Positions 1-7,293 of a stretch of 33,138 nt of DNA are shown piece by piece. The position numbers and the translations under genes were made by a program. This stretch comes from Chloroflexota bacterium (GTDB taxonomy: Bacteria; Chloroflexota; JAJPGV01): assembly GCA_035299885.1 (NCBI GenBank), contig DATGVV010000460.1:1-33138 (forward strand), read 5' to 3'. The notes under the pieces were generated by a model. That model did no database searches, was not told the origin of the DNA, and saw only the letters and a list, made by a program, of their open reading frames with translations. Within the stretch, counting starts at the first letter, position 1, and each line of letters starts with the position of its first letter.

Positions 1-1052
1 CTTCGGGCGCCGCTTCGGCCAAACCCGCGGCCTCTGGCGTCGCGGCGCCGTCGCTGGCCCCGGTGCCCAAGGTCACGCTGCAGCTGACGAAGCCCCTGCC
101 GGCGCTTAACCCGCCCTACACGGTGAAGGCGCGCGTCGGCAGCTCGCTTACGACGGCGCCTTTCTGGTACGCCATTGAGAAGGGCTACTTCGACCAGCTC
201 GGGCTCAAGTTTGAGGAGGTCCAGATCACGCAATCGGCGGACGTCACGGGGCCGCTGACGCAAGGCCAGATCGATATCGCCGGCGTAGCTTTCGCCCCCG
301 GCCTGTATAACGCCGTCAGCCGTGGCGTCGAGGTGCAAGCCGTGGCCGACAACGGCCAGCTGCAGCCGAACCTCGCGGGCTCGGCGGCAGTCGTCAAGAA
401 GGGCGAGCTGGCCAAATATGGGAACGATTGGTGCGCTCTCAAGGGCAAAAAGATTGCCGGCATGACAAATGTCGACGGCTTCTACGCCACGCTGCTGAAG
501 GCCCTGCAGAGCTGCAACTTGTCTGAAAAGGATGTGGACACGTTCCAGCCCGGTTTCGCTCAGGTCAATGCCGCCCTGGCCAATGGCTCGGCCGACGTTG
601 GCTTCAACGTGGAACCGTTCGTCAGCGCGGGCGTGCAGCAGGGCGTTGTCGAGATCTGGCATCAGGCGGATCAGGCGTGGGCCAACCAGCAGATGAACAT
701 GCTGCTGTACGGGCCGCAGTTCATCAAGAACAAGGACGCCGCGCTGCGCTTCATGGTGGCCTATATGGCTGGCGTGCGGGACTACGACCGCGACATCGCG
801 CCCGGTGGCGACGCCAATCAGTTGGGCACTGTGCTGGCCAAGCATCTGCCGGTCAAGGACCCGAACGCCTATTCCAAGATGATCATGATGGGCATCACCA
901 AAAACGGCGCGGTCAACACGCAAGCCCTCGGTGAGGAGATCCAGCTGTTCCAGAAGTCCGGCACCATCCCGCCTGGCCAGGTCAACCTGAGCTGGGTGAA
1001 CAACGACGTCCGCCAGGAAGCCTTGGACCTTCTCGGACCGGAGAAGAAGTAG
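1..1052 (+). CDS. ABC-transporter substrate-binding protein, NMT1/SsuA/TauA-like (5' partial)
   Basis: ORF track 63..1052. The frame stays open back to nt 3 and reads SGAASAKPAASGVAAPSLAP. This is the same Ala/Ser/Pro tether seen after the lipobox of the paralogue at 7294..8442, so GTG-63 is probably internal and the gene is cut by the window edge. Family call by eye only. Confidence 0.7.
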   Translation, partial: SGAASAKPAASGVAAPSLAPVPKVTLQLTKPLPALNPPYTVKARVGSSLTTAPFWYAIEKGYFDQLGLKFEEVQITQSADVTGPLTQGQIDIAGVAFAPGLYNAVSRGVEVQAVADNGQLQPNLAGSAAVVKKGELAKYGNDWCALKGKKIAGMTNVDGFYATLLKALQSCNLSEKDVDTFQPGFAQVNAALANGSADVGFNVEPFVSAGVQQGVVEIWHQADQAWANQQMNMLLYGPQFIKNKDAALRFMVAYMAGVRDYDRDIAPGGDANQLGTVLAKHLPVKDPNAYSKMIMMGITKNGAVNTQALGEEIQLFQKSGTIPPGQVNLSWVNNDVRQEALDLLGPEKK

Positions 1053-1574
1053 CTAGGCGCGGGCAATGTGGCGGGGCACGAACAGCCCCACCGGCAGGCG
1101 CTGGCCTTTGATGGTGAGCACGGCCTCAAGCACGCTAGTCTCGATCATGGCGGGGTCGTGAATAACCACATACGGGATATTGAGCCCGGCCAGGGTGGCC
1201 TCGCCCACCATACGGCTGGCGCCGTGATAGTCGAACTGCTCACCCAGCACGCGGTTGTGGCTGGCGATGATGAGCAACGGGGTGCGCTGCAACAGCCCGC
1301 GCGCCAGGATCAGGCCGGACATGCCCAGGCCCGAGCCCTCCATGAGGGCCACCGGCAGCTTGCCGCCGAGGTAGGCGCCCATGGCGACAGCGATGCCCTC
1401 ATCCTCGCGCGAACAGATGACCGTCTGGACGTCTGGGTCGGCCTCCAACAACTCGTCGATCGGTGAGAGCAGGCTGTCGGGCACGTAGACGGCGAAATCG
1501 ATTCCGGCCTGCCGCATGGCGCGATGGAAGGCCCGCGCGTTGTCCAGGTTATAGCCAGGGGCTGGCGTGCTCAC
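1053..1574 (-). CDS. TPP-dependent decarboxylase, N-terminal (pyrimidine-binding) half; ComD-like sulfopyruvate/phosphonopyruvate decarboxylase alpha subunit
   Basis: 173 aa. SREDEGIAVAMGAYLGGKLPVALMEGSGLGMSG fits the TPP-enzyme N-terminal domain with its catalytic Glu. Stand-alone size matches ComD. The GTG start overlaps the upstream stop (GTGA at 1571-1574). Confidence 0.75.
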   Translation of the reverse strand: MSTPAPGYNLDNARAFHRAMRQAGIDFAVYVPDSLLSPIDELLEADPDVQTVICSREDEGIAVAMGAYLGGKLPVALMEGSGLGMSGLILARGLLQRTPLLIIASHNRVLGEQFDYHGASRMVGEATLAGLNIPYVVIHDPAMIETSVLEAVLTIKGQRLPVGLFVPRHIARA

Positions 1575-3736
1575 GCCGGCGCCAGCTGCCGTTGTCTCAG
1601 CGCTACATGGACATCCTCGGCCTTCACCGGCAGGTGGTCGATTTTCACGCCCACCGCGTCGTACACCGCGTTGGCATAGGCGGCCGCGAAGGGCAGGTTG
1701 CTCAGCTCAGAGGTTTGCTTGGCGCCGTACGGTCCGGGGCCGGCATCATCGGTGATCAGCAGCAACTCGTGCTCGGGCACATCGCAAATGGTGGGCAGTT
1801 TGTACTCGTGCAGGCCCGCCGCCTCGACTAGGCCATCCACGATCCGCAGATCCTCCATGGCCGCCGCGCCCAGGCCCATTAGCAAGCCGCCTTCTATTTG
1901 GCCCGTAACACCTGTGGCGTTGAGGACCGTGCCCACGTCGTAGGCGCCGGTCACCTTACAGACGTGTACCTGGCCCGTCTCGGGGTCCACCTCAACCTCC
2001 ACCACCTGGGCCACGAAGCTGGTGGTGCTGGGCGGATGCCAGTTCTCGTAGCGGGCTTCAGCGGAAAGGGCGCCGGCCGCCCCGGCGTCGATTTTCTGGC
2101 GCAGCTCCGTGGCTGCTCGGAGCGCCGCCTGTCCGGCGCCGTGGGTGACCGCGCTGGCCGAGCTGCCGCGGTCCCACAACCCCGAATCTGTGCTCAGCAC
2201 CTCGACCCGGATGTGCTCCGGAGGCAGGCCCAGCTCGTTGGCGACGATCTGGGCCAGGATGGTGTGCGCGCCGGAGCCCTGGTCGAACACCGCGATCTGG
2301 AGCGTGACCTCGCCTCCGGCGTCCCGCACGACCCGAGCGGTTGACGCGCCCGGGCCGATGGGGCTCTGGCACAGGGCCAGACCGCGGCCCATGCCCGGCT
2401 TCTTGGGCTCGTCCCAACCGGATGCTCGTCGAACGGCGTCCAGGCATTCCCGCAGCCTGACCGAGGACCATGGCTGGCCTTCGATACCCATGTCCCCAGG
2501 CTGCACGCCGTTCTTCAATCGAAACTCGAAGGGACCCATGCCCAGGGCGCGCGCTAATCGGTCCATCTCGACCTCGCACGGAAACACCGTCTGCAGCCCG
2601 CCGGGCGCGCGCATATGGCCGCAGGGCACCGTGTTGGTGTAGACGATCTGGCTTTCGTAGGCGTGGTTCGGAATGCGGTACACGCCGTGGACGTAGTGCC
2701 CTCCGGCCAGCTCGGCGTTGGCTATCGGCTTGAAGCCGGCATAGGCGCCGCCGGCAAACGTGGCCTTTACGTGGCGGGCCACGATGGTGCCATCGCGCTT
2801 CAGCCCGGTGCGAATCGTCACCCACGCAGGGTGCCGCGGATCGCCGGCCTGCATGTCTTCGACTCCGGAGAGGATGATGCGCACCGGCTGGCCGGCGGCG
2901 CGCGACAGGAAGTAGGCCAGCGGCACATGCATGGGCGAACCCTTGCCGCCGAAATCGCCGCCAACATACAGCGGCTCGACGACGATGCGCTCGGGGGACA
3001 GTTCGAGATCGCGGGCCAGCAGCCCGCGCAGAACGAAAGGCGATTTGGTCGAGGCCCAGACCCGCACCGTCCCGTCCGGCTCGGCGGAGACGATGCAGCT
3101 GTGCGGCTCGATGTAGCCCTGGTGCTGAGCGGGCGTGCGATAGGTGTGCTCGAAGACCACGTCGGCCTCTCTGAACCCGCGCTCCAGATCGCCGCTGACG
3201 GTCAGCCGGTAGGAGCACAGGTTGGGGATATCGGGCAGCGGCTCGTCCGGCCAGCCAGGCTGGCGCAAATCGCGGCGGTAGCTGGCGAAATCGGGGTGCA
3301 GCAGCGGCGCGCCCGGTTTCGTGGCTGCGAAGGGGTCGAGCACGGCCGGCAGTTCCTCGTAGCCCACCTCTATGAGCCGCAGCGCCTCCTCGGCGGTCTG
3401 GCGGTCAACCGCCGCGACAGCCGCCACCGGATCGCCGATGAAGCGCACCCGGTCGGTGCACAGGACTGGCACATCGGCGATAGCTCGCCCGAACAGCGCG
3501 CCCCCGATGTCGGCACCCGTCAGCACCGCCCGCACGCCAGCAAGCGATCGCGCACGGCTGACGTCGACGCGCGCGATGCGAGCGTGGGGCCACGGGCCGC
3601 GCAAGATCGCGCCCCACAAGCAGCCAAGCACATCCACATCCGCCGTATAGGTCGCCTGGCCCGTGACTTTGAGCCGGCCGTCAACCCGGGGCACGGCGGC
3701 GCCAATTGTTGACTCGCCGTCCGCGTAGGACCTCAA
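1571..3736 (-). CDS. xanthine dehydrogenase/aldehyde oxidase-family molybdopterin-binding large subunit
   Basis: Tracked ORF is 1571..3895. PRVDGRLKVTGQATYTAD near the N-terminus and VGGDFGGKG mid-protein are typical of CoxL/XdhB-type Moco subunits. The first 53 tracked codons overlap the hydrolase gene. I place the start at TTG 3736, which shares bases with the hydrolase TGA (TTGA), giving 721 aa. Confidence 0.8.
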   Translation of the reverse strand: MRSYADGESTIGAAVPRVDGRLKVTGQATYTADVDVLGCLWGAILRGPWPHARIARVDVSRARSLAGVRAVLTGADIGGALFGRAIADVPVLCTDRVRFIGDPVAAVAAVDRQTAEEALRLIEVGYEELPAVLDPFAATKPGAPLLHPDFASYRRDLRQPGWPDEPLPDIPNLCSYRLTVSGDLERGFREADVVFEHTYRTPAQHQGYIEPHSCIVSAEPDGTVRVWASTKSPFVLRGLLARDLELSPERIVVEPLYVGGDFGGKGSPMHVPLAYFLSRAAGQPVRIILSGVEDMQAGDPRHPAWVTIRTGLKRDGTIVARHVKATFAGGAYAGFKPIANAELAGGHYVHGVYRIPNHAYESQIVYTNTVPCGHMRAPGGLQTVFPCEVEMDRLARALGMGPFEFRLKNGVQPGDMGIEGQPWSSVRLRECLDAVRRASGWDEPKKPGMGRGLALCQSPIGPGASTARVVRDAGGEVTLQIAVFDQGSGAHTILAQIVANELGLPPEHIRVEVLSTDSGLWDRGSSASAVTHGAGQAALRAATELRQKIDAGAAGALSAEARYENWHPPSTTSFVAQVVEVEVDPETGQVHVCKVTGAYDVGTVLNATGVTGQIEGGLLMGLGAAAMEDLRIVDGLVEAAGLHEYKLPTICDVPEHELLLITDDAGPGPYGAKQTSELSNLPFAAAYANAVYDAVGVKIDHLPVKAEDVHVALRQRQLAPA

Positions 3737-4563
3737 TGGTCCAGAAAGTCCAGCACCAGCCGGTTGAACTCGCCGGCGTGCTCCACCTGCGCCCAGTGGC
3801 CGCAATGGGAGAAGACGTGCATGCGCGCGTTCTGGAACGAGCGCAGCATCAGCAAACCCACATCCAGCGCTCCGAAACGATCGTCTGCGCCCCACACGAT
3901 CAGGGCGGGGCAGGCCACCTTGGGGAGCTGGCTGGCCAGGCTCTCGCCAGCGGGCGGATGGGCGGTCATCACCCTCACGACATCGGGATCGATGCTGGCC
4001 TGGTAGCGCTCCTCGAGGATGTCTTCGGTCAGGAAGGACGAGTCGTACAGCAGCGTCTGCAGCAGGGTCCGCAGCTTCTCGCGAGAGGGGCCCTCGCCCT
4101 TGTAGTAGCCGCCGATAAGCTTAATGCCTTCCAGCGGCATAGGGCAGAACAGGCTCGGACTGCCTGTGCCGCTACCGATCACCACCAGCTTACTGACACG
4201 TTCGGGGCTGTCGGTTGCGAGCTTGATGGCCACCTGGCCGCCCATCGAGTTGCCGACGAAATGCGCCTTGTCGATGCCCAGCTTGTCCATGAAGTCGCGG
4301 AAGACGTTGGCGCAGTAGGTCAGCCGCCCGCCCTCGATGATGACCTTGGCCGAGCCGCCATACTGCGGCATGTCGACCAGCAGCGCCCGGTACTTGGCCG
4401 CGAAGGCATCGGCGTTCTGCTTGAAGTTGCTCCAGCTGCTGGCTCCAGGGCCGGCGCCGTGGATCATGATCACCGGATAGCCGGAGCCAACCTCGTTGTA
4501 ATGGATTTTGATGCCGGCCGCCTGGATATCGCGGCTGGTGGCTTGCTCGCTGCTGATGGCCAT
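3733..4563 (-). CDS. alpha/beta-fold meta-cleavage-product (C-C bond) hydrolase, CarC/BphD/MhpC-like
   Basis: 276 aa. HGAGPGASSW oxyanion region and GNSMGG nucleophile elbow. The Asp in WGADDRF and the His in SHCGHW complete a Ser-Asp-His triad. GAGGAA Shine-Dalgarno about 5 nt upstream of ATG 4563. Confidence 0.85.
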   Translation of the reverse strand: MAISSEQATSRDIQAAGIKIHYNEVGSGYPVIMIHGAGPGASSWSNFKQNADAFAAKYRALLVDMPQYGGSAKVIIEGGRLTYCANVFRDFMDKLGIDKAHFVGNSMGGQVAIKLATDSPERVSKLVVIGSGTGSPSLFCPMPLEGIKLIGGYYKGEGPSREKLRTLLQTLLYDSSFLTEDILEERYQASIDPDVVRVMTAHPPAGESLASQLPKVACPALIVWGADDRFGALDVGLLMLRSFQNARMHVFSHCGHWAQVEHAGEFNRLVLDFLDH

Positions 4564-4592
4564 GGGATTCCTCTTCGAAGACTAGGTCTCCT

Positions 4593-5768
4593 ATGATGCA
4601 CATATTGGAAGAAGATGCTGTGCTGAGCACCGGCGGCAAGCCATGGCAGCCGTACCTCGAGGCGGCGCTCGGTTTTCGGAACCACTGGTACCCCGCCTGC
4701 TACAGCCATGAGCTGGCCGAGGGCCAGGCCCGCGGCGAGCAGCTGTTGGGCGAAAGGCTGCTCCTGAAGCGCATTGACGGCCGTGTGTACGCGGTACAGG
4801 ACCGCTGCCTTCACCGGGGCGTGGCCTTCTCAGTGCGGCCGGAGTGTCACAGCAAGAACACCATCAGCTGCTGGTATCACGGCTTCACCTATGACCTGCG
4901 CGACGGATCGCTGGTCGCGGTCATCACCGATCCCGAAAGCTCGCTGGTCGGCAAGCTCCGCCTGCAGACATACCCGGCGCAGGAGCACAAGGGCCTCGTC
5001 TTCGTCTTCATCGGCGACATGGATCCGCCCGAGCTGAAGCTGGACCTGCAGCCCGGCTTTCTCGACGCTGATCTGGCCATCCATGCCAACGGTGAGCGGC
5101 AGCTCGTCCACAGCAACTGGCGTCTGGCGGCGGAGAACGGCTTTGACGCGGCGCACATCTACATCCACCGCAACTCGCCGCTGATCCTCGAACAGCGGCG
5201 GCCGCTCCCGCTGGCCACCATCCCGGCTTCTCGCGAGGGGATGGTGGTGGCTGAGGACGGGCAGCCTAAAGGGGTGGTGAAAGGCCGCGGCGCACGCAAG
5301 CCGGTGTGGGAGGTGGAGATCGAGGGAGTGAAGGTCACGTCCCGTTTTCTGCCTGGCCCTGACACCCCGCGCACCTCGCCGGATACTTCCATGTGGCTGC
5401 CGTGCGGGCTCAAGGTCGATCCCTTTCCTACTGAGGGCATCATGCAGTTCGAGTGGTACGTGCCCGTCGACGAGCACAGCCACACCTATTTCGTGACCTG
5501 GGGACGCCGCACCACATCCGATGCGGAGGCTGCCGAGTTCTCGCGCGAGATCGAGGATCACTGGAAGGATCTGGTGGTGGATAAGTTCAACGTGGACGAC
5601 GTTACCGCCCGCGAGGCGATGGAGCGCTTCTACTCAGAAGAGGACGGCTGGCAGCGCGAACGGCTCTACCGTCCCGACCTCATCATTACGGAGTGGCGGA
5701 AGCTGGCCAGCGCCCATAATCGCGGTATCCAGCGGCTATCTGCGCCGCAGTCTGCCGGAGGTGTCTGA
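4593..5768 (+). CDS. Rieske non-heme-iron oxygenase, alpha-only CarAa (carbazole 1,9a-dioxygenase) / OxoO-like terminal oxygenase
   Basis: 391 aa. Rieske CLHRG...CWYHG and mononuclear-iron DAAHIYIH motifs. Blocks along the full length match my memory of Pseudomonas CarAa: LGFRNHWYP, RIDGRVY..DRCLHRGV, SNWRLAAENGFD, WLPCGLKVDPFP, MQFEWYVPVDE, AREAMERFY, WRKLASAHNRGIQ. Confidence 0.9.
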   Translation: MMHILEEDAVLSTGGKPWQPYLEAALGFRNHWYPACYSHELAEGQARGEQLLGERLLLKRIDGRVYAVQDRCLHRGVAFSVRPECHSKNTISCWYHGFTYDLRDGSLVAVITDPESSLVGKLRLQTYPAQEHKGLVFVFIGDMDPPELKLDLQPGFLDADLAIHANGERQLVHSNWRLAAENGFDAAHIYIHRNSPLILEQRRPLPLATIPASREGMVVAEDGQPKGVVKGRGARKPVWEVEIEGVKVTSRFLPGPDTPRTSPDTSMWLPCGLKVDPFPTEGIMQFEWYVPVDEHSHTYFVTWGRRTTSDAEAAEFSREIEDHWKDLVVDKFNVDDVTAREAMERFYSEEDGWQRERLYRPDLIITEWRKLASAHNRGIQRLSAPQSAGGV

Positions 5769-6701
5769 GTGCCACTAGAGCTGGGGCTGGCTTCCTCTCA
5801 CGCCCCCAGCATGTTTGCGCCTGTGGACAAGTGGCCGGCCATTTACGACATCCTGGCCGGCGCCGTCCCGGCCCCGCCGGAGCTGGCCAGCGAGACGCGC
5901 GAGGTCCTGGAGGGCTACGCCGAGCGCATCAAGCACGGCTTCGGCGTGCTGCAGCAGCAGCTGGCGGCCTACAAGCCCGACGCGCTGGTCATTGTGGGCG
6001 ACGATCAGAACGAGGTGTTTGGGCCAGCCTTCAATGCCTCGATGGCCATCTTCCTGGGCGAGGAGGTCTCGGGCTCGACAAGCATTGGCTTTTTAGGTGA
6101 GCCGCTGGACAAGAACCACCTCCACTTCCGCTGCCATCGAGAGCTGGCCGAGGTGCTGCTGGCCCGGCTGGTGGAGCAGGGCTTCGACCTGGCCTGGATG
6201 CGCGAGCTAAAGCCAATCAGCCGGCCGCTGGCTGGCATCGGGCACGCCTTCAGCCGGCCCGCCAACGCCGTCGGCGTGCGCGAGCTGGATATCCCCATCG
6301 TGCCCCTGTTCCTCAATGCCTACGACCATCCGATGCCATCCGCGCGCCGCTGCCACGAGCTCGGAAAGGCGATCCGGCAGGCATTCGACGGCCGGCCCGA
6401 GCGCATCGCGCTGTATGCCTCGGGTGGGCTGGCCCACGATCCACGCGGGCCCCGTTCAGGCTGGCTGGACGAGCCATTGGACAGGTGGGTGCTGTCGCGG
6501 CTTGAGGACGGTCGTGCGGCGGAGCTTACCAGTCTGTTCACCTTTGATTCGGACGCGGTCCGCAGCGGCACGGGCGAGATCCGCAGCTGGATCACCGCCG
6601 CGTCGGCGTTCGAGGGCCAACCCGCCACGGTCGTGGACTATATTCCCGCCCGGCATGCCGTCACCGGCCTAGCCTTTGCCTACTGGCCGGCCTCCGCCTG
6701 A
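5769..6701 (+). CDS. class III (LigB-superfamily) extradiol ring-cleavage dioxygenase, single-subunit MhpB/CarBb-like
   Basis: 310 aa. The GTG start is the nucleotide right after the Rieske TGA. LigB landmarks: ASSHAP, GIGHAFSRP, ASGGLAHDP, GTGEIRSW. No LigA/CarBa-like small-subunit ORF lies next to it. Confidence 0.8.
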   Translation: MPLELGLASSHAPSMFAPVDKWPAIYDILAGAVPAPPELASETREVLEGYAERIKHGFGVLQQQLAAYKPDALVIVGDDQNEVFGPAFNASMAIFLGEEVSGSTSIGFLGEPLDKNHLHFRCHRELAEVLLARLVEQGFDLAWMRELKPISRPLAGIGHAFSRPANAVGVRELDIPIVPLFLNAYDHPMPSARRCHELGKAIRQAFDGRPERIALYASGGLAHDPRGPRSGWLDEPLDRWVLSRLEDGRAAELTSLFTFDSDAVRSGTGEIRSWITAASAFEGQPATVVDYIPARHAVTGLAFAYWPASA

Positions 6702-6711
6702 CGGCCCGCCC

Positions 6712-7290
6712 GTGAACCGCATCGAGTGCATCGAGGTCTTCGCCAGGCTTCGAGGCAGGGCAATCGTCATCGTGAGCCCCGGCTACACCGGCCACGAGCT
6801 GGCCGCCGCGGGGCATGACGACGCGACCATCTACAACATGGACATGCCGTACAGCTCACCCTTGTGCCTGGGCCTGGCGTTGGCCTGCTCGCAGGAGCGC
6901 GTGGTCGCCCTGGAAGGCGACGGCTCCATGCTTATGGCGCTGGGTGTGCTGACCACCATTGGCCGCTACCAGCCCCGGAACCTGGCAATCATCGTCTTCG
7001 ACAACCGCCTCTATCTGACCACGGGCAGTGGCACTGTGCGGACAGCCGAGGTCGATTTCGCCGCCATGGCTCGCGCTGCCGGTATCGAGCGCTCATGCAA
7101 GGTCGAGGACATCTCCGGCTTTGAAGACGCCGCTCGGCAGGCTCTCACCGAGCCTGGGCCGTGGTTCATCTGCGCCTCGGTGGATGGTTCCGACCGCGGC
7201 GATCCGCGAGGCCGAGCACACCTCCCCGGCGACCTGGTCGAACAGGCCGTACTGTTTCAAAAGGCGCTGCGAGAGCGCCAGGGAGATTGA
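6712..7290 (+). CDS. TPP-dependent decarboxylase, C-terminal (pyrophosphate-binding) half; ComE-like beta subunit
   Basis: Tracked ORF is 6676..7290. I prefer GTG 6712, which is in frame and 10 nt after the upstream stop. LEGDGSMLMALGVLTTIGRYQPRNLAIIVFDN is the GDG-x(24-27)-N TPP/Mg motif. Confidence 0.75.
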   Translation: MNRIECIEVFARLRGRAIVIVSPGYTGHELAAAGHDDATIYNMDMPYSSPLCLGLALACSQERVVALEGDGSMLMALGVLTTIGRYQPRNLAIIVFDNRLYLTTGSGTVRTAEVDFAAMARAAGIERSCKVEDISGFEDAARQALTEPGPWFICASVDGSDRGDPRGRAHLPGDLVEQAVLFQKALRERQGD

Positions 7291-7293
7291 TGC

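Noticed and set aside
2058-3712. Long ORFs 2058..3218 (-) and 2615..3712 (+) inside the molybdopterin-subunit gene
   Set aside because: They are out-of-frame or antisense shadows with Arg/Pro/Gly-dominated low-complexity translations. The 1571..3736 frame carries the family motifs.
3737-3895. 53-codon N-terminal extension of the tracked Moco ORF
   Set aside because: It fully overlaps the 3' end of the hydrolase gene and translates to Arg/Gly/Ala-rich filler. TTG 3736 gives a standard coupled start just before the conserved PRVDGRLKVTG region.
4564-4592. Shared bidirectional promoter in the 29-nt gap between the divergent catabolic operons
   Set aside because: The gap holds the hydrolase SD (GAGGAA on the minus strand) but no convincing -10/-35 hexamers on either strand. 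The promoters are presumably inside the flanking coding regions and cannot be placed by eye.
3706-4596. 296-aa plus-strand ORF antisense to the hydrolase
   Set aside because: It has no motifs, whereas the opposite strand encodes a complete alpha/beta hydrolase with its catalytic triad.
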